From Ylistrum balloti (Eukaryota), in NCBI RefSeq assembly GCF_031769215.1, contig NW_026782019.1:992001-1056000 (forward strand): a DNA stretch of 64,000 bases, given 5' to 3'. The notes under the pieces were generated by a model. It worked only from the letters and a program-made list of their open reading frames with translations, was not told the origin of the DNA and searched no databases. The position numbers and the translations under genes are program-made. This document shows positions 36,960 to 50,330 of this stretch, piece after piece (within the stretch, counting starts at the first letter, position 1; every line of letters begins with the position of its first letter).

Positions 36960-37870
36960 AGGCTGATACGAGAATAACTACTAGCTGTGTTAATAGAAAC
37001 TAGCAGTTGTTTGCCAATAAAGAGTCCGGAGAGGAAGGGTATAGAGAGAAAGAACTGGGCGAGACTATAAATCGGGAGGCAAACACAGTATGACCAGTGA
37101 CCAGTTTATGATGGAATTCTTTAACAAGGACTATGTATCCTTAACTCTTGCTCTCAGTTGACGTTTAACGAAATGCTAACCAGAACGGGTCCAATCTTAA
37201 TTAAGAGGTCATACACGTACAACTGGGGTCTTCTTAGGCCTAGGATAAAAAAGTTTGCCCTCTGTGAACTTGCCTCCGGGGAACAGATACGGCTCGATGA
37301 AGTCCCTCACAGCACTCAGTCCTTAGTTATCAGAGAAGTAGGTCAAGGCATTACTGACGGATACATGGTTGATGGGTGATGGTTTGCCCAACTACTCCTG
37401 ATGGTTGGCTCGTCATTGGTGACAAGTTCATCCAGAATTGAAACTTTCGCATGAGATGCACTTGATGGGAAGCACATGGCCTGCTACTTTCCACCAAACA
37501 GTGGGTCCCAGTACTTCTACTTTAAAGGATTCTTCCCTGTTGTTCTGAAGATACTTTTAGATGCTGAGTCCAACTTCGTTTGGGCAGATTTCCGTGGTAC
37601 CGAATAAAACAGCATCAGATGCAGATATACAACATCCATGAGCTGAAGGAATGCACTGATGACAGTACCTGGAGACAGAACCCAAGTTTTCTCCTGTCCT
37701 GACCACCTTCCACACCAGGGTGTCCCTTCTTCATTGATAAGATGCCTTCGCACCACGATACAGCTTCCTGTGCCTTACAAATAAATAGTGCGTCTTCAAC
37801 GTGTAGACTCTTTTTCCCGAGAAATGAAATGAGAAAATGCATTTAGCATCCTTGCTAACACATTCCAGTG
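36960..37870 (+). mobile_element. decayed PIF/Harbinger DNA transposon transposase (DDE_Tnp_4-like)
   Basis: Broken plus frames give YDQFMME, FNEMLTRTGP, ELASG, VPHSTQSLVIREV, CPTTPDGW, LDGKHMACYFPPNSGSQYFYFKGFFPVVL..LDAESNFVWAD, ASDAQIYN..ELKEC, DAFA and ENAFSILANTF, in the canonical Harbinger motif order. Frameshifted. TIRs not resolved. Confidence 0.88.
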
Positions 37871-39289
37871 GCGTGGGAATTAATGTGTGGGTGGTGATGG
37901 ATTCGTATAGTCCTTGCATCATTAGCCACGTCCATGTAGACGACCACAAGACGTCTAAGCGGCGTTTTTCTTCGATATTATCTTGATGCTGTGACGTCCA
38001 GTGAAGTTTTTAATTTGAATTGGCGGGCTGTAGTCACGTGATTGTCAGCAACATGCCCCACATGCTTTTCGCAAGTTGCGAACTCTGATAACGCGCTCGG
38101 TATTCGTTACTCAGTCATATGATTATCTCGATTTATGGGTGATGTGTGTGAACGTGAGTGAACGATCACATAACTAATTTATAATTTGCGCATCGCGTTT
38201 GCGGGACGTGAATCCATGAATGCACAAAAACTTCGAACATCTCGCCGTACCACAACTTATGCCAGCGTGTGTCAAGATGTGCAAGAGTGCTGTTAATCAT
38301 TAATACGAAACTACCCCTTAACTTACTCATATACTGCTTCGGTAACATTAAATTCTTTGACTGACATAACGGCATATATGAAATATCCAGATTGTTGCTG
38401 TTGATTGGCAGGCCGATTGTGATATTACTTTTATAGTTTAGACTAGAAAGAAACAAACTGATGGTAAACTTTCCTTACGAAAGCTTGCCGAGTTAAATTT
38501 ACTGTTAGTTATCGTTAGACTTTGTTGGACACGACTTTTCTGTTAATTGTCTCCATTTTCATGGCGATTGTTAAAAAGATTTATCGGGCTTGATTCCTGT
38601 ACCCCTAGACCAACGAGCCGCTGTTAACATTGGCGCTTCCTAAAATTATCTTTGTAACATTAAATACACAAACGATTTAATAAAGTATACACATATGTAT
38701 TGACACACGCCAAAACTCAAATGAAATTTTGATATTAATATATATAATTGTATTCGGATGTACATGACGCAACCGCTTGGTAACTCGTCATTGTTATGAC
38801 AAGGCCTTTAGTGACATCAAGCCTTTAGTGACATCAAGCCTTATAACACTTACAAAAAAAGTACTCGGTAAGTTTGTAAGAATTACATCTGAACTTCACA
38901 CAGTGGAAATCTTGGGTTTTTTCAACATACATGTTACTTCAGTTCTTTGACTCGTAAAGGGTAACCTATATTTCATGACTGGTTTAGATTATCGTTGTTT
39001 TACGTCCTATCAACAGCCAGGATCAGTTAAGGACAGATTTGAGTGGTAGAGGAAAGTCGGAGTTCCTGAAGAAGAAAACACCGACCTGCCGAGCACAAAC
39101 AACCTTCCAAGCCCTGAAGTACATACTGTCAGGTACAATATAGTTCTTGATATGAAATTATGGCCAAGAAAGCTACTGATACTAACTGGCTCAGATTTTA
39201 TTACAGAGAAAACAAATTTGGTTGGATCGACCGAGAGGATATGATTAAGTAAGTCTTGATTCCTGTTGACAGACATTTCATAGATCGGC

Positions 39290-39780
39290 TGAGATGTTAC
39301 AGTTTTTGACCGAGAAATTATTTGGTTCCAATCGAGAGTTTTTTGACAGGGAAAAAATGTCTACCTTGGTCAAATGAATTTTGATTGAGTTCCCTACAAT
39401 CGAGAGAGAGTTTTAAACAGGAAAAAACACGTTTCAATCGAGTGTGACCGAAAAAGACGTTGGTTTCGATCGAGTGAGAGTTTTTGATCGGGAAAAAGGG
39501 TCGGTTTCAACCGAGTGAGAATTTATAACCATAAAAACGTTGGTTTAAATCGAGTACGAGTTTTTCATCGAAAAATGTGTTAGTTTCAATCCAGTGAGAG
39601 TTTTCAGTATTCTTTTCGAGTGAAAGTTAAAAATTTTAAATCGAAAACGAAACGCTGGTTCCGGTCGGGTGAAATTCTGACCGCTCGAGAAAAGCGCTAG
39701 TTGGTTACGATATAGTGCGAATTTGTTACCAAGAATATCACTGTTTCCGATCGAGTGCGACTTTACGACAAACAGTTAAC
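39290..39780. repeat. degenerate ~40-bp tandem repeat
   Basis: Recurring ggtttc(g/a)atcgagtgagagtttt...gaaaaa units. Confidence 0.7.
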
Positions 39781-41317
39781 GACGGAGAAAGACATTGGTT
39801 CAGATCAGCTGGGATTATCAAAGTTAGAAACAAAGGTTATCTGTAAAGCACGATTTTTCAGTTCCATCGGTTCACGATCTGATAAGATCATCATTCTAAC
39901 CCAAACAAACAGACCTGGTTAAATTGATGACGACTTACACTCCGATCAATAGACATGCATTTTTGACCAATAAGAACATATGTCGGTGACACGTTATTAA
40001 AGTACAATGTTGACTTAATTGGCATATGTCTATAATTTATTCCATGAAAACTTACCTGTATACATGCTGATGGACTTCTCCATGTTATTGTGATGTTTTA
40101 CCTGCGTCAGAACAAACACTGATCATCGTCACATGCAATATCTCCCATCTGTCAGTGTGTAATGTCCTAATGACAAACGTAACGCTGACTTTTCTCCGGG
40201 ACTGCCTACCTGAGGGATGTGAACGTTCCTACTTACACCGCAATTGACAACACATAAATGCTACGTTAACGTTTTGCGTTATCATGCCCAGAAGGTATAG
40301 TGTGAGGAATGTGGATTTTTTTACCTGAATGACATAGATTAGCGCTAGGTCAACATCATTAGGCGACCGAATGGCCATTCACTCTACATGTAGGTATCCG
40401 GATACATCTCAAGAAACAGCACAGTTTGTAAAATCAGGTCGTTAGCACATTTAAAAAAAAAATCAAACTTTGAATATTTTTTTATGTCTTGCCATTAGGT
40501 ATGTTTGATACGTAAGTACTATTTTTATATGTAATTAATTACAAGGGCTTTATCAGCATGTGTGTTATTTCAAGGAAACGTTTGACTTAAAGTATCTTTA
40601 ACCTTTGCAGTGTGACATCCTGTCTTCTCAACGATATTCTAACCTTTCACATTAAAACGGAGGTCGAGATGTTTAATACAGCTAATTCATAACAATCCTT
40701 TAAAACGTTAATATTATATTAGAATTAAATTAGATTAGTGTTCACGACAACCATAGGAATGTCATACAACAATTAACAATTAGTTGGGGTTTTTTTTGGT
40801 TGGTTTTTGGTTTGTTTGTTTTTTTTTTTTTTGTAAGGCTTTTTTTCAACTTTCCCGATAAGATGAATCAGTGACAAAGTCAAGACAATTAATGTTTGTA
40901 ACAATGGAAGAATGTATATTTTACACATTAATAATACTAATTAGACATTTCAGTGGCAACATAAAGATATATAGAGACTACTTAATAACTTTCCCACGGA
41001 ATATCATATATTTCAGAAGTATGGTAATGCATCTATACATATTAACTAGTGCACTTTCTGTAAACGAAACTGAAATACAATTTTTTTTTCTTTGAAAATG
41101 TACTTAAATGGAATTTACGTGTTTTCATTGAATATCAATCTACAAGTTCATATGTACTTGGTTTCCCATAAAATATATAAAATAATGACAACATATATCC
41201 ATATTTGCTCGGTTACGGAAACTGCCAAGTTTCCTGATTAAGGTCTGACGTTCAAAATCCTGCAGTGTACATATAACATACCTGCGCACATATGCAATTA
41301 CGATCGCGTAACAGTAA

Positions 41318-41690
41318 GGATTATATGAGGACGGTTGTCAAGGGCGTCACCAACTACCAAGATCGTATGAGAACGGGTAAATGGGAGATACCAACATCCA
41401 GGGTCGATATGAGGACGGCTGTGTAGGGGAGATACCAACACCCAGGGTCGATATGAGGACGGGTGTGTACGGGAGATACCAACACCCAGGGTCGATATGA
41501 GGACGGGTTTGTAGGGAGATACCAACATCCACGGGTGATATGAGGACGGATGTCTAGGGAGATATCAACTTTCAGGGTCGATATGAGGACGGGTGTTTAG
41601 AATGTCACCAACAACCAGGGTCATACGAGGACGGTGTCTAGCTAGGGAGCCAATACCTGCCATTGTGTTATGAGGACGGGTGATGACGAG
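41318..41690. repeat. 43-44-bp minisatellite, about 8 copies
   Basis: Unit gggagataccaacacccagggtcgatatgaggacgggtgtgta at 41383, 41427, 41471, 41514, 41557 and neighbours. Confidence 0.9.
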
Positions 41691-42589
41691 ATATGGAATA
41701 AGGTAGAATATTGTTAATCTCCAGAAAATAACAAGTTGGTCTTCAAACAAACGAGCTACCAAATTTATTAGGAAAACATGTCGTAACAATTAAATCACGT
41801 AGGAACAAATAGAGTCACAACCAGCTCTCAGTAATTGTAATTTACTCGGAGTTACGTCCCTTTTTTTACCCTGGACATTTGCCAGACTGGCACACTTTAG
41901 ATGTGTTATCCCATGTAGTTCCGGTCAATGAATACATTAAATTGTAAACAAAGTATTATTCATAATATATGTTCACTAACAAGAATGATAAGTAAAGGAT
42001 TCTAAAAAGTATCACGTTAAAACATGGCAAAAGGCACGGCGCATTCATAGTAAAACGGCTAGTAGGCTAGGCCAAGTAAAATCATATATTGCTATTGGAT
42101 TTACAACTTAATCGAGGAAAATAAATAGAAATTTAAAAATTGTCATGAAAAATATCCTATAACATTTAGAAATTACATAAAACAATTTTCATGTTATTTG
42201 GAACCACTTCTTAACATAAAACGATTTGAAATAAATATTATTTTTACCAGTAATCAAATACACATTAATTGTAAAATTCGCTGTTCGAATGTAAAAATGA
42301 ATGAATACAAATGAAATTAATATTCGTAATACGTAAATGCTATTCATGACAACAACTACGATTTTAGCATATCTTAAATTCTATCTCCGAACAAATCGTT
42401 ATTTGGCAATGTTGGTATTGCATTCTCATTGATTTTAGGAATTCTGTTTGAATAACCAATCCTGGATTTCTGTCATTCTCGTGTCTGCGTCTATAAAGCG
42501 AGGAGATGCTACCTTTTGACTAATGTAAAAATTATAATTTATAAGACTTTCTAAATGTCATTTGGCTGTTCATGCACACTGAATTTTCA

Positions 42590-45032
42590 TTACTTCTTCT
42601 TCTTTTTCTTTCCTGCTTTCTTTCCCGACTTCTTTCCTTTGGCACTTTTGGATCCCTTTGCCGACTTTGTGGACCTTGCACTTTTCGCTGGGGAACGCCC
42701 CCTTCCAGCTGGAGCCGATTTCCCGCGTTTATTGTCGCCGTCTTCCTGCTTGTTTTGATTGGGAACATACTCCACTCGAGTGCCTTGACACCGAATCTGA
42801 TGGTTGAAAAAGCATACTGATACATATTCAATAAATGGTTAATAACTTATTTTTTCAGAATTCTTTTCGTCTGTTGATGTTCTATAAATGTGTATCAAAC
42901 ACAATAATAAATTGTGTTTAAAGGGTTTGGCAAAGTCTTTATCACGGAAAATAGTTGAGAGTTTTAGAAGTTCTTCTGTAGAAAAGTTCTAAAGGCATTT
43001 TAAAGGAAGTAAATCCTAGCTTGATGAGTTTTGTTGTCGCACGAGCTCTTGGTCTAACTGCACGGGAAATATATTTTTTAACCTAATTGGAAGGGGAGAC
43101 AATCGCGCTAGTTGTCTACCTGGCTATAGAGAAGGTGTATATTATCACCTGAGTGACACCTGATACTTTCATTATCATCTTATTGTACGGGAGATATTCG
43201 CGTCCTTGGATTATCTAGTTGTGAAGTCGATATCACACGAGTATGGTATTACTTGGCTATAGGGCAGTCTTGCGTAGCGTAGTTAACATAGGATATATCA
43301 CTAAAATCTTGCCTTACCTAGTTAACATGGGGGATACCACTCGAGTCTTTAGCTTACCTGGTTAAATGGGAGATATCACTTGAGTTTGGGCTTACCTGGT
43401 TCCATGGGAGATAACTCTCGAGTCATTAGTGTAACGGGTTAAATGGGAGATATCGCATAATCCTTTGGTTTAGCTGGTAAAATGAGCAAGTATCACTCGA
43501 GCATTGCCTTACCATACTATAGAGGGGACATCACTCGAGCCTTTAATTTACCTGGTTACATATTCTGCATTTTGTCGGCTCCTTCATCTGTCCGACAAAA
43601 TCTCCATGGAGACACTCCTTACAGTACCTCGTCCCGCACCACTTACACATGTACGTCTGTTAAAAACCACAAAACCCACAATTATCAAATGTACATCTAT
43701 AATGATAGCTTATATACAATTATACGCATAACCATGAAATTAGACATCTGTAACATACAAAAAAGTTTGGAGAAGTTTCCTTAACAACTGAATTATAACT
43801 TTTCAATCCTTAAGATCCGTTACTTTCGTAGCGATACCAAAAATGAAATACCACTACAGTTCTGATATTTAGAGAAGGAAAGTATATAAAAAGAAGTTGA
43901 AAACCTCTGTGACCATGAAAGAATACCGACCAATGTGAACAATTTCAGTAAGAACAAATTACAGAGAAGTTACAGAGAGCATCAAGTAACCTTCTCGATG
44001 ATGGCTAGATCATCTGTTACTTGGTGATGTGGTTCGTAGGTCAATTACACACAACTCAGTTGAACTCGAATGAATTCTGTCTCTATTATCACTATTTCAA
44101 GAAATTGAGCTATCTCGCCTAAAAATGCCAATATTTTTGTAGAATTTCACTTGGTAAGTCCACAGCACAATTTTCAAAAGGTTGATGAGTCCAGTTTGTT
44201 GATGAGTCCAGTTACAACGAAATATAATGGCTTTTCAAAATTTCAGTGAGTCCAACAAGAAAACCAATTGAATGTTTGAGTCCCGTAAATCCTGTGCCGC
44301 CCATTCCTGTAGCCACGCTTATTGAATACGAGTTGTAAGTCCCAACAAAACAGTATCTTACATATAGGTAATAAAATCATCTAATATTAGTGGAAACAGA
44401 ATCGAAATATTGGACCTAGGCAAAATCGGTTTTCAGAGAAAATTCAAACGGAGTTCAGCGGCGTCTTTGGCATTCCCTTCAAAATATTGCAAAAAAATCG
44501 AACAATACCTGGAATTTTTAAAAGATTTGAGCTAGATTGAAGTAAATGTGAAGCGATGAATGAAAGAAGAAACAGTAATCATTTATAAGCTTAATCTGTA
44601 ATACTCTCCACATTATTTGTACTCTTTTTATGTAAAATTTGTGTTGTCATCGTAGGCTGTAAACAGTATTTATTTAAAATCAGTGTTTGGAAAAGTCATT
44701 GAAATCCCGAAACTTGTACGGGTGATATCACGCGAGATAACAAGCCCATTTAAAGTATAAGGTGTGACTTACTATATAGATGATTTTCCCGTTATCCCAT
44801 TACCATATACACCGTATAAGTCCATGTAGAATACACGTGTTTTACCCTTTTTTATGAGTTGTGACGTCAAAATGACAACACCGACAATATGTACCAGGAA
44901 ATGTTATGTCGTTAAAAAAACAGAGGCCCAACTGAAGCGTACGATGTTGATATAACAGTAAAATAGATATACACCCAGAATAGTGATATATATACTTACG
45001 GTGTTGGTTGTGGTACAGCCCCATCTACACAT
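42590..45032 (-). CDS. uncharacterised 114-aa protein: N-terminal Cys-rich putative zinc-binding domain plus Lys/Ser/Ala-rich basic tail
   Basis: complement join(45032-45000,43656-43552,42796-42590) = 345 nt, all phase 0, GT-AG. Translation: MCRWGCTTTNT|TYMCKWCGTRYCKECLHGDFVGQMKEPTKCRICNQ|IRCQGTRVEYVPNQNKQEDGDNKRGKSAPAGRGRSPAKSARSTKSAKGSKSAKGKKSGKKAGKKKKKK*. An upstream acceptor at 45051/45050 and an ATG-free candidate first exon ending at 45186 (GAA|GTGAGA) support the start. Confidence 0.8.
43240..43557 (-). repeat. ~39-bp degenerate minisatellite in register with the exon 2 donor of the Cys-rich gene
   Basis: Donor-like motifs on the minus strand have their first G at 43551 (real), 43512, 43395, 43357 and 43317, with decayed copies near 43473 and 43435. 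Confidence 0.8.
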
Positions 45033-45185
45033 CCTGTTTCGTGTAATCACCTGTCAATCAGTGCTAATTAACTCGGTCATCAAACACACCTGTTCGACGT
45101 CATGACACTATTACTAACCATAAAGGCTAGTGCGCCTCAAATCACTTAAACAACAACACAGCTTATCTGTTACAAACACTCTCAC

Positions 45186-45295
45186 TTCCTTCACAACTAA
45201 CGCGTCCCGGAAGTCAACACCGTCGTCAGGGCAGGCGAAATTTCCACAGGTGTGCTTAGTGGTGTTGTAACACTAAACAGGGCTATATATGCGTA
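45186..45295 (-). promoter_or_regulatory. probable promoter and non-coding first exon of the Cys-rich gene
   Basis: TATA-like run at 45284-45290, ETS-type CCGGAAGT at 45207-45214, CpG-enriched, donor GAA|GTGAGA at 45186/45185. Confidence 0.45.
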
Positions 45296-45639
45296 GACTC
45301 TACTCGTATCAGTGGACATTAGATATTATCAGAAATCATATCTTTCAACACAAACTTTTAGACCGTCTCGGATAGTATTATTCATTCTGAGAATAGCTCG
45401 GGACCAGAAAACAATATCAGTTCCCATCGCTGTGAACATCAAATGATCAATTAAAAATGACGGACTCGAAAGTGACTGTTCTGTGACTACATCGTACTGT
45501 TATCAGTTGTTGATTGTCTCTGTTAACATTTTATGGATAAGAATAAACTTGTTGATTCTTTATCATTTGAATCATTTCTCTCTGATTGTCCCTTTCCTAT
45601 TCCTACACAAATCAAATATTTACCACTAAGGAGCACGGG

Positions 45640-47330
45640 AAACCTACTTATTTAAAGGATTCATTCATAACTTCTTCAGATAAAGCTATTGTCAATAACG
45701 TGTCCATGACCATTTTGTTGTTCTAATCAATCCCATGATTGACATCGCCCAACTAGGACTACTGGAAGTCTTCACATGAAGGTTGAAAAATAACCATCCA
45801 GTGCATCTCAGGAAATTATTCAATAAACTTCAAATTTCAAATCCAATATGGCCACTTGATGACCATTTTGTTATGTAATCAGTCTAAAAAATTAAACATG
45901 AATAATTAAAGACAAATGAGGGCCTACATATCAGATTTGAGAACGAGCTATCCAGTGCTTTTCAGGAAATAGTAATACCAAATTTAAATGTCGAAATACA
46001 ATATGCCCCCCTGCTGGCAATTTTAATTTATGATCAGTTCAGAAATTGAACATGTACACATTTGTATCTAGGGACAAATAGAAATCTACAAATGAAATTT
46101 GAGAAAGTTCAATCTAGTCCTTAAGAAATATCTATCTTTGAAAATCCAAATATGGTCACATGTTGGCAGTTTTTACTTTGTGATCAGTTTAACGGGGTTC
46201 TTCGTATGAAATTTGAGAAATAGCGTCAAGAGCAAGAGATCCCAGAAGGATCTTGGCATCCAACATTGTTTGATCGTTATATGTTCTTTGAAGGTTGGAT
46301 CTTTCCTTTTTTCTCTTTTCTCTGTTTGTGATCTTCATAGTTTGATAGGAAATTTGAACATTCCATTGCAGAAATTGCGATGACCATTTTAACTGCCAAA
46401 TCCAAGGTCACCTGAAAGCCATTTTTACCGGCCAGTCCCAAAATCAAACGGACACAGCTAGGGACGAAGGGAAACCTACGTATGAAGTTCAAGAGCTCTC
46501 CATTCAGTACTTATTGAGAAATAGTGATAACAAATTTTACAAGGCGAAATCCAAGATGTCCGACTGTCTGCCATTTTGTTTTTTCTGAACCCCAACATTG
46601 ACCAGGCACAACTGGGGACCAAGCGTGACGTTCATATTAAATATGAGGAAGATCTATGCAGTATTTCTCAACAAAAAGCGATCACAAACTAGAAAAATCA
46701 AAATCCAAGATGGCCTCCTGTCGGCCATCTTATTTTTCTGATCAGACCCAAAATCACACAGGGTCAACGACGGACCAAGGGAAACCTACACAAAAAATAT
46801 AAGAAATATCTATGCAGAAGATCTCATTTAATAGCGATAACAAACTAAAAATCCAGGATGGCCGCTTGTCATCCATTTTGATTTGCTTATCAGTCCTAAA
46901 TTTAAATGGGCACATCTAGGGACCAAGGGAAACCTACTTGTGAAACTTGAGAGATTCATCAAGTTTTTTCTCCTGCAAAAGCCATAACAATTTTCGTTGA
47001 AAAAAAATCCAAGATGGCCGCCTGATGGTCATTTCGTTTTTCTGATCAGTCCAAAAATTAATCGGACACAACTAGTGGTCAATGTAAACGACATTAGGAG
47101 AGTTATTTCAGTCTTTCTCAAAACTTTGCAATAACAAATTTTACTAGGAAAATCCAAGATGGCCAATTGCGATTTTGTGCTTATGATCAGTCTCAAAATC
47201 AAACAGGCATAGCTAGGGACCAAGGGAAACCTACCCACTGGTACATGTGAAAATTTGAAAACGATCCATCAAGTACTTCTCAAGAAATAGCGATAACAAG
47301 AACTGTTTAAGGACGGATGACAGATCCAGT
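45640..47330 (+). repeat. degenerate ~150-bp satellite-like tandem array (about 10 units), probably inside a non-autonomous Helentron-type element
   Basis: Recurring anchors ctagggaccaagggaaacctac (about 46460, 46772, 46917, 47213), aaaatccaagatggcc and gaaatagcgataacaa. An agcaagagatcccagaaggatcttggc motif at about 46232 resembles element starts I recall from bivalves. The family assignment is recall, not a search. Confidence 0.7.
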
Positions 47331-49184
47331 ATGGACCATCTACAAAGGATCCTTTAAAACAGTCAACCATCTGGTAGTAGTGGGAGAGACATCACCCAAT
47401 TTTAATTACATTGACTTGCAGTCTGGATCAAATCAACTTTGCCCTGTAGTCTTGGAGCATGTCATCATTACCCATTAGTCTTACAGTTACCTCAACAACA
47501 AAGACATCAGCTTTGATGAAGTACATTGTTATAGATAGATAATAGAACACCATTGACAAATCAGTATTTTTATTTGATTTACATAGAGATATAAAAAGCT
47601 TGGTCGTCAGTGAACTGTGTAAGGATATAAAGTTAATCAATTGGTTAACTTAATACTGGTGTCAGGAATGTATGATCTCTTGGCTTGAAAAATTAATCTT
47701 ACAATGTACATATACATGAAAAACCAAACAAAAAACCCAAAACAAAACAAAAGTTTTAACTGAAAAGAAGCCAGAGATTCCAAAAGAAGCCCACCATTGT
47801 GAAATAAACATTGGATCAGGTAATTCTGACATTTCCTCTAATCTCTTCAGAGTTCTGTTATACTGACACTTAATAGGGAGTAATTAAAACACATCCTTAT
47901 AGGCTTATTTTTTGAGATGAAATCCAAAATGGCTGCCTATCTTGTTCTTCAATCTGTACATTGTACATACATTACTCGGGACTAACAGGAAGTGAACAAT
48001 AATTGTATAATATCCATTTCTTACACTGACTAGTACTTTTACAGAAGCAGCAAGAATGAAGTGAACAGGCACAAATACAAATGTAGAAAAAGTTTAGAGA
48101 AAATATGATCGTAAAACTTAAAATCTCCAGATCTAAGTTGGCTGCCTTCATGATATTAACATGAAATTCAAATAAAGGATACTGGGGATGAAGGGAGACT
48201 TTTCAAAGTTGAGAAGGAATCATGATAGCCCTTTAACATCTATTTCCTGTCAATCATTTTTGTATTATTGTTCCATCAAAGAAATTCAATAAAAAGTTTC
48301 TACAGATCAAATTTGAGAAAGATAAATCCAGTACTTTCTTAGAAATAATAATACAATTTTCACAATTTGTTGTATTGAGAAAGATGAAATGGACTTCAAT
48401 ATACACAGAGTAATATACAGAATGTAAATACCTTGATCGTTATGTATTCAATGGAGTAGATATACATGTATTCAATACAGATCACACAAAAAATGTTACA
48501 TGTTATTATATCATAAAAATATTGAGCTCTATTTAAATGTGAACTCAGTCCTTTATGTAAATCTACTTTGTTTCACTGGTGCTACATTCTAATAATTTTG
48601 TTTACACTTAAAAATTACCGGTATTATGCACAAGATATAAAGTGTCATAAAATACAGCTTTATTATCAAGTACAATGTATTAAACAACACAAGTATCCTT
48701 ACAAAACTCATACATACAATAAATGTTAATATCAGTTGTACAACATTCAGATTACATTTTCTTGCATATAATTTAATATGTTTACATTCTAAGTACACGA
48801 CACAAGAGACTGAAAATATGAATACAGAATTTCAAAAAAGATACACTTAATTTTGACTAGTTCAACTAACAGAGTGCTACTTCATAAAGTACCATTTAAA
48901 AACATGAATAACAGCAAAATTTTTCTTGAGAACTAGGAACATACTGGTATGTAAATAATACTGTATCAAACACTCAGTTGCACACATAAATATTTTAGTT
49001 TCAGCAATTTGATATCATGTTTTGGCTGCTAAATTTACAGAAAGCAAAGTACACCTTTTGGCGCATCATCTTGGAAGCACAAACAAAACAGAAAGGCATG
49101 CATAATATCAAGTATTATTCTCATCACTTATTACTGTATATTTCACAGCTCACACCACCTCAGAGGTTATGGACCACCATATAA

Positions 49185-49472
49185 CTGTTTCAGAGCTTTC
49201 AGACTCATACAGCTATAACAGAGCTTGTGAACTAGCACACAGCTGTAGCAGAGCTTGCAGACTAGCATAAAGCTGTAGCAAAGCTTGTGAACTGGCATAC
49301 AGCTGTAGCAGAGCTTGCACACTAGCATACAGCTGTAGCTGAGTTTGTAGACTAGCATACAATTGTAGCAGAGCTTGCGGACTAGCTTACAGCTGTAGCA
49401 GAGCTTGTGGACTCGCATACTGCTGTAGCAGAGCTTGCACACTAGCATACAATTGTAGCAGAGCTTGCAGAC
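49185..49472. repeat. 30-bp minisatellite, about 10 copies
   Basis: Unit actagcatacagctgtagcagagcttgcag. Confidence 0.92.
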
Positions 49473-49991
49473 GTATAATCAGTCAAACAATGCTAGTTCT
49501 GGCAATTGGCCACATCCATGCAACAATTATCAAAATCACAAAGACTTTTAATACATCTGCTTGCAAACTTGCAATAAATTCATATCGCCACAAAATAATA
49601 AAATTTGTGATCTTTGTTTGAAAATGATAACGTTCCTTGTCAGCACAGAGTTAAAGAGAAATTAGACAGGTTTTTAAGATGCATGATGTAGTTAAACAGT
49701 CCGTCAAACCCATTCAGTTTTACCTTTTCTCTAACAATAACGTACAAAGAAACGAGAATCGGTAGACAAATTACATTGTCAATAAGCATGTTCATTACAA
49801 AAGACTTGATAAAGACATAATGAGTATTAAGTACAGAGAATTATACATGAGGAATTAATATGATTGATTAGCTTGTAAAATATAACATGTTATATTTGAG
49901 ACGCTATGGAACACATAGGGAACACCAAAACACAATTAAACAATTTTCTTATTACTTACGCCTGCAATGTGAAAAACATATATTTGTATAT

Positions 49992-50330
49992 AAACAAGAT
50001 GCCAAATGGACCCGTATCACTCATTTGTCATTCAAGAATGGTTACTACATATCAGCATGATATTTCTTGTTTATCAAAATCATGATTTTTGGATTCATGT
50101 TCGTAACTGATAACAAGTTGTTAAAGCTAAATTGATCCTGGATACCAGCTGCCAGGACCACGAAACCAGCTCACTTTTCCTTTAATTAGTTAGTCAAAAA
50201 GGTTCTGACTATCTCTCAGCCATTTTGTATTTTTGTCTTTGAATCAAAAGAATAGAAAGAATCAAAAATATAAAGTATGGACAGACAGTAAGAACCCTTT
50301 GGATTATTTGGGGAAGGTGAGCTAAAATAA
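49992..50330 (+). mobile_element. possible short non-autonomous Helentron/HINE-like element
   Basis: Begins aaacaagatgcc...cccgtatcactcatttg and ends ggtgagctaaaa, termini I recall from bivalve interspersed elements. Diverged. Confidence 0.4.

Noticed and set aside
42590-42775. Stand-alone protamine-like or histone H1 gene
   Set aside because: The track start is a GTG. A good acceptor at 42797/42796 links it in frame to two upstream Cys-rich exons, and there is no H1 winged-helix domain.
43350-43415. Similarity of cttacctgg...gggagata units to the U1 snRNA 5' end
   Set aside because: CTTACCTG is simply the complement of a minus-strand 5' splice site. No U1 stem-loops or Sm site follow, and the units are in register with a real donor.
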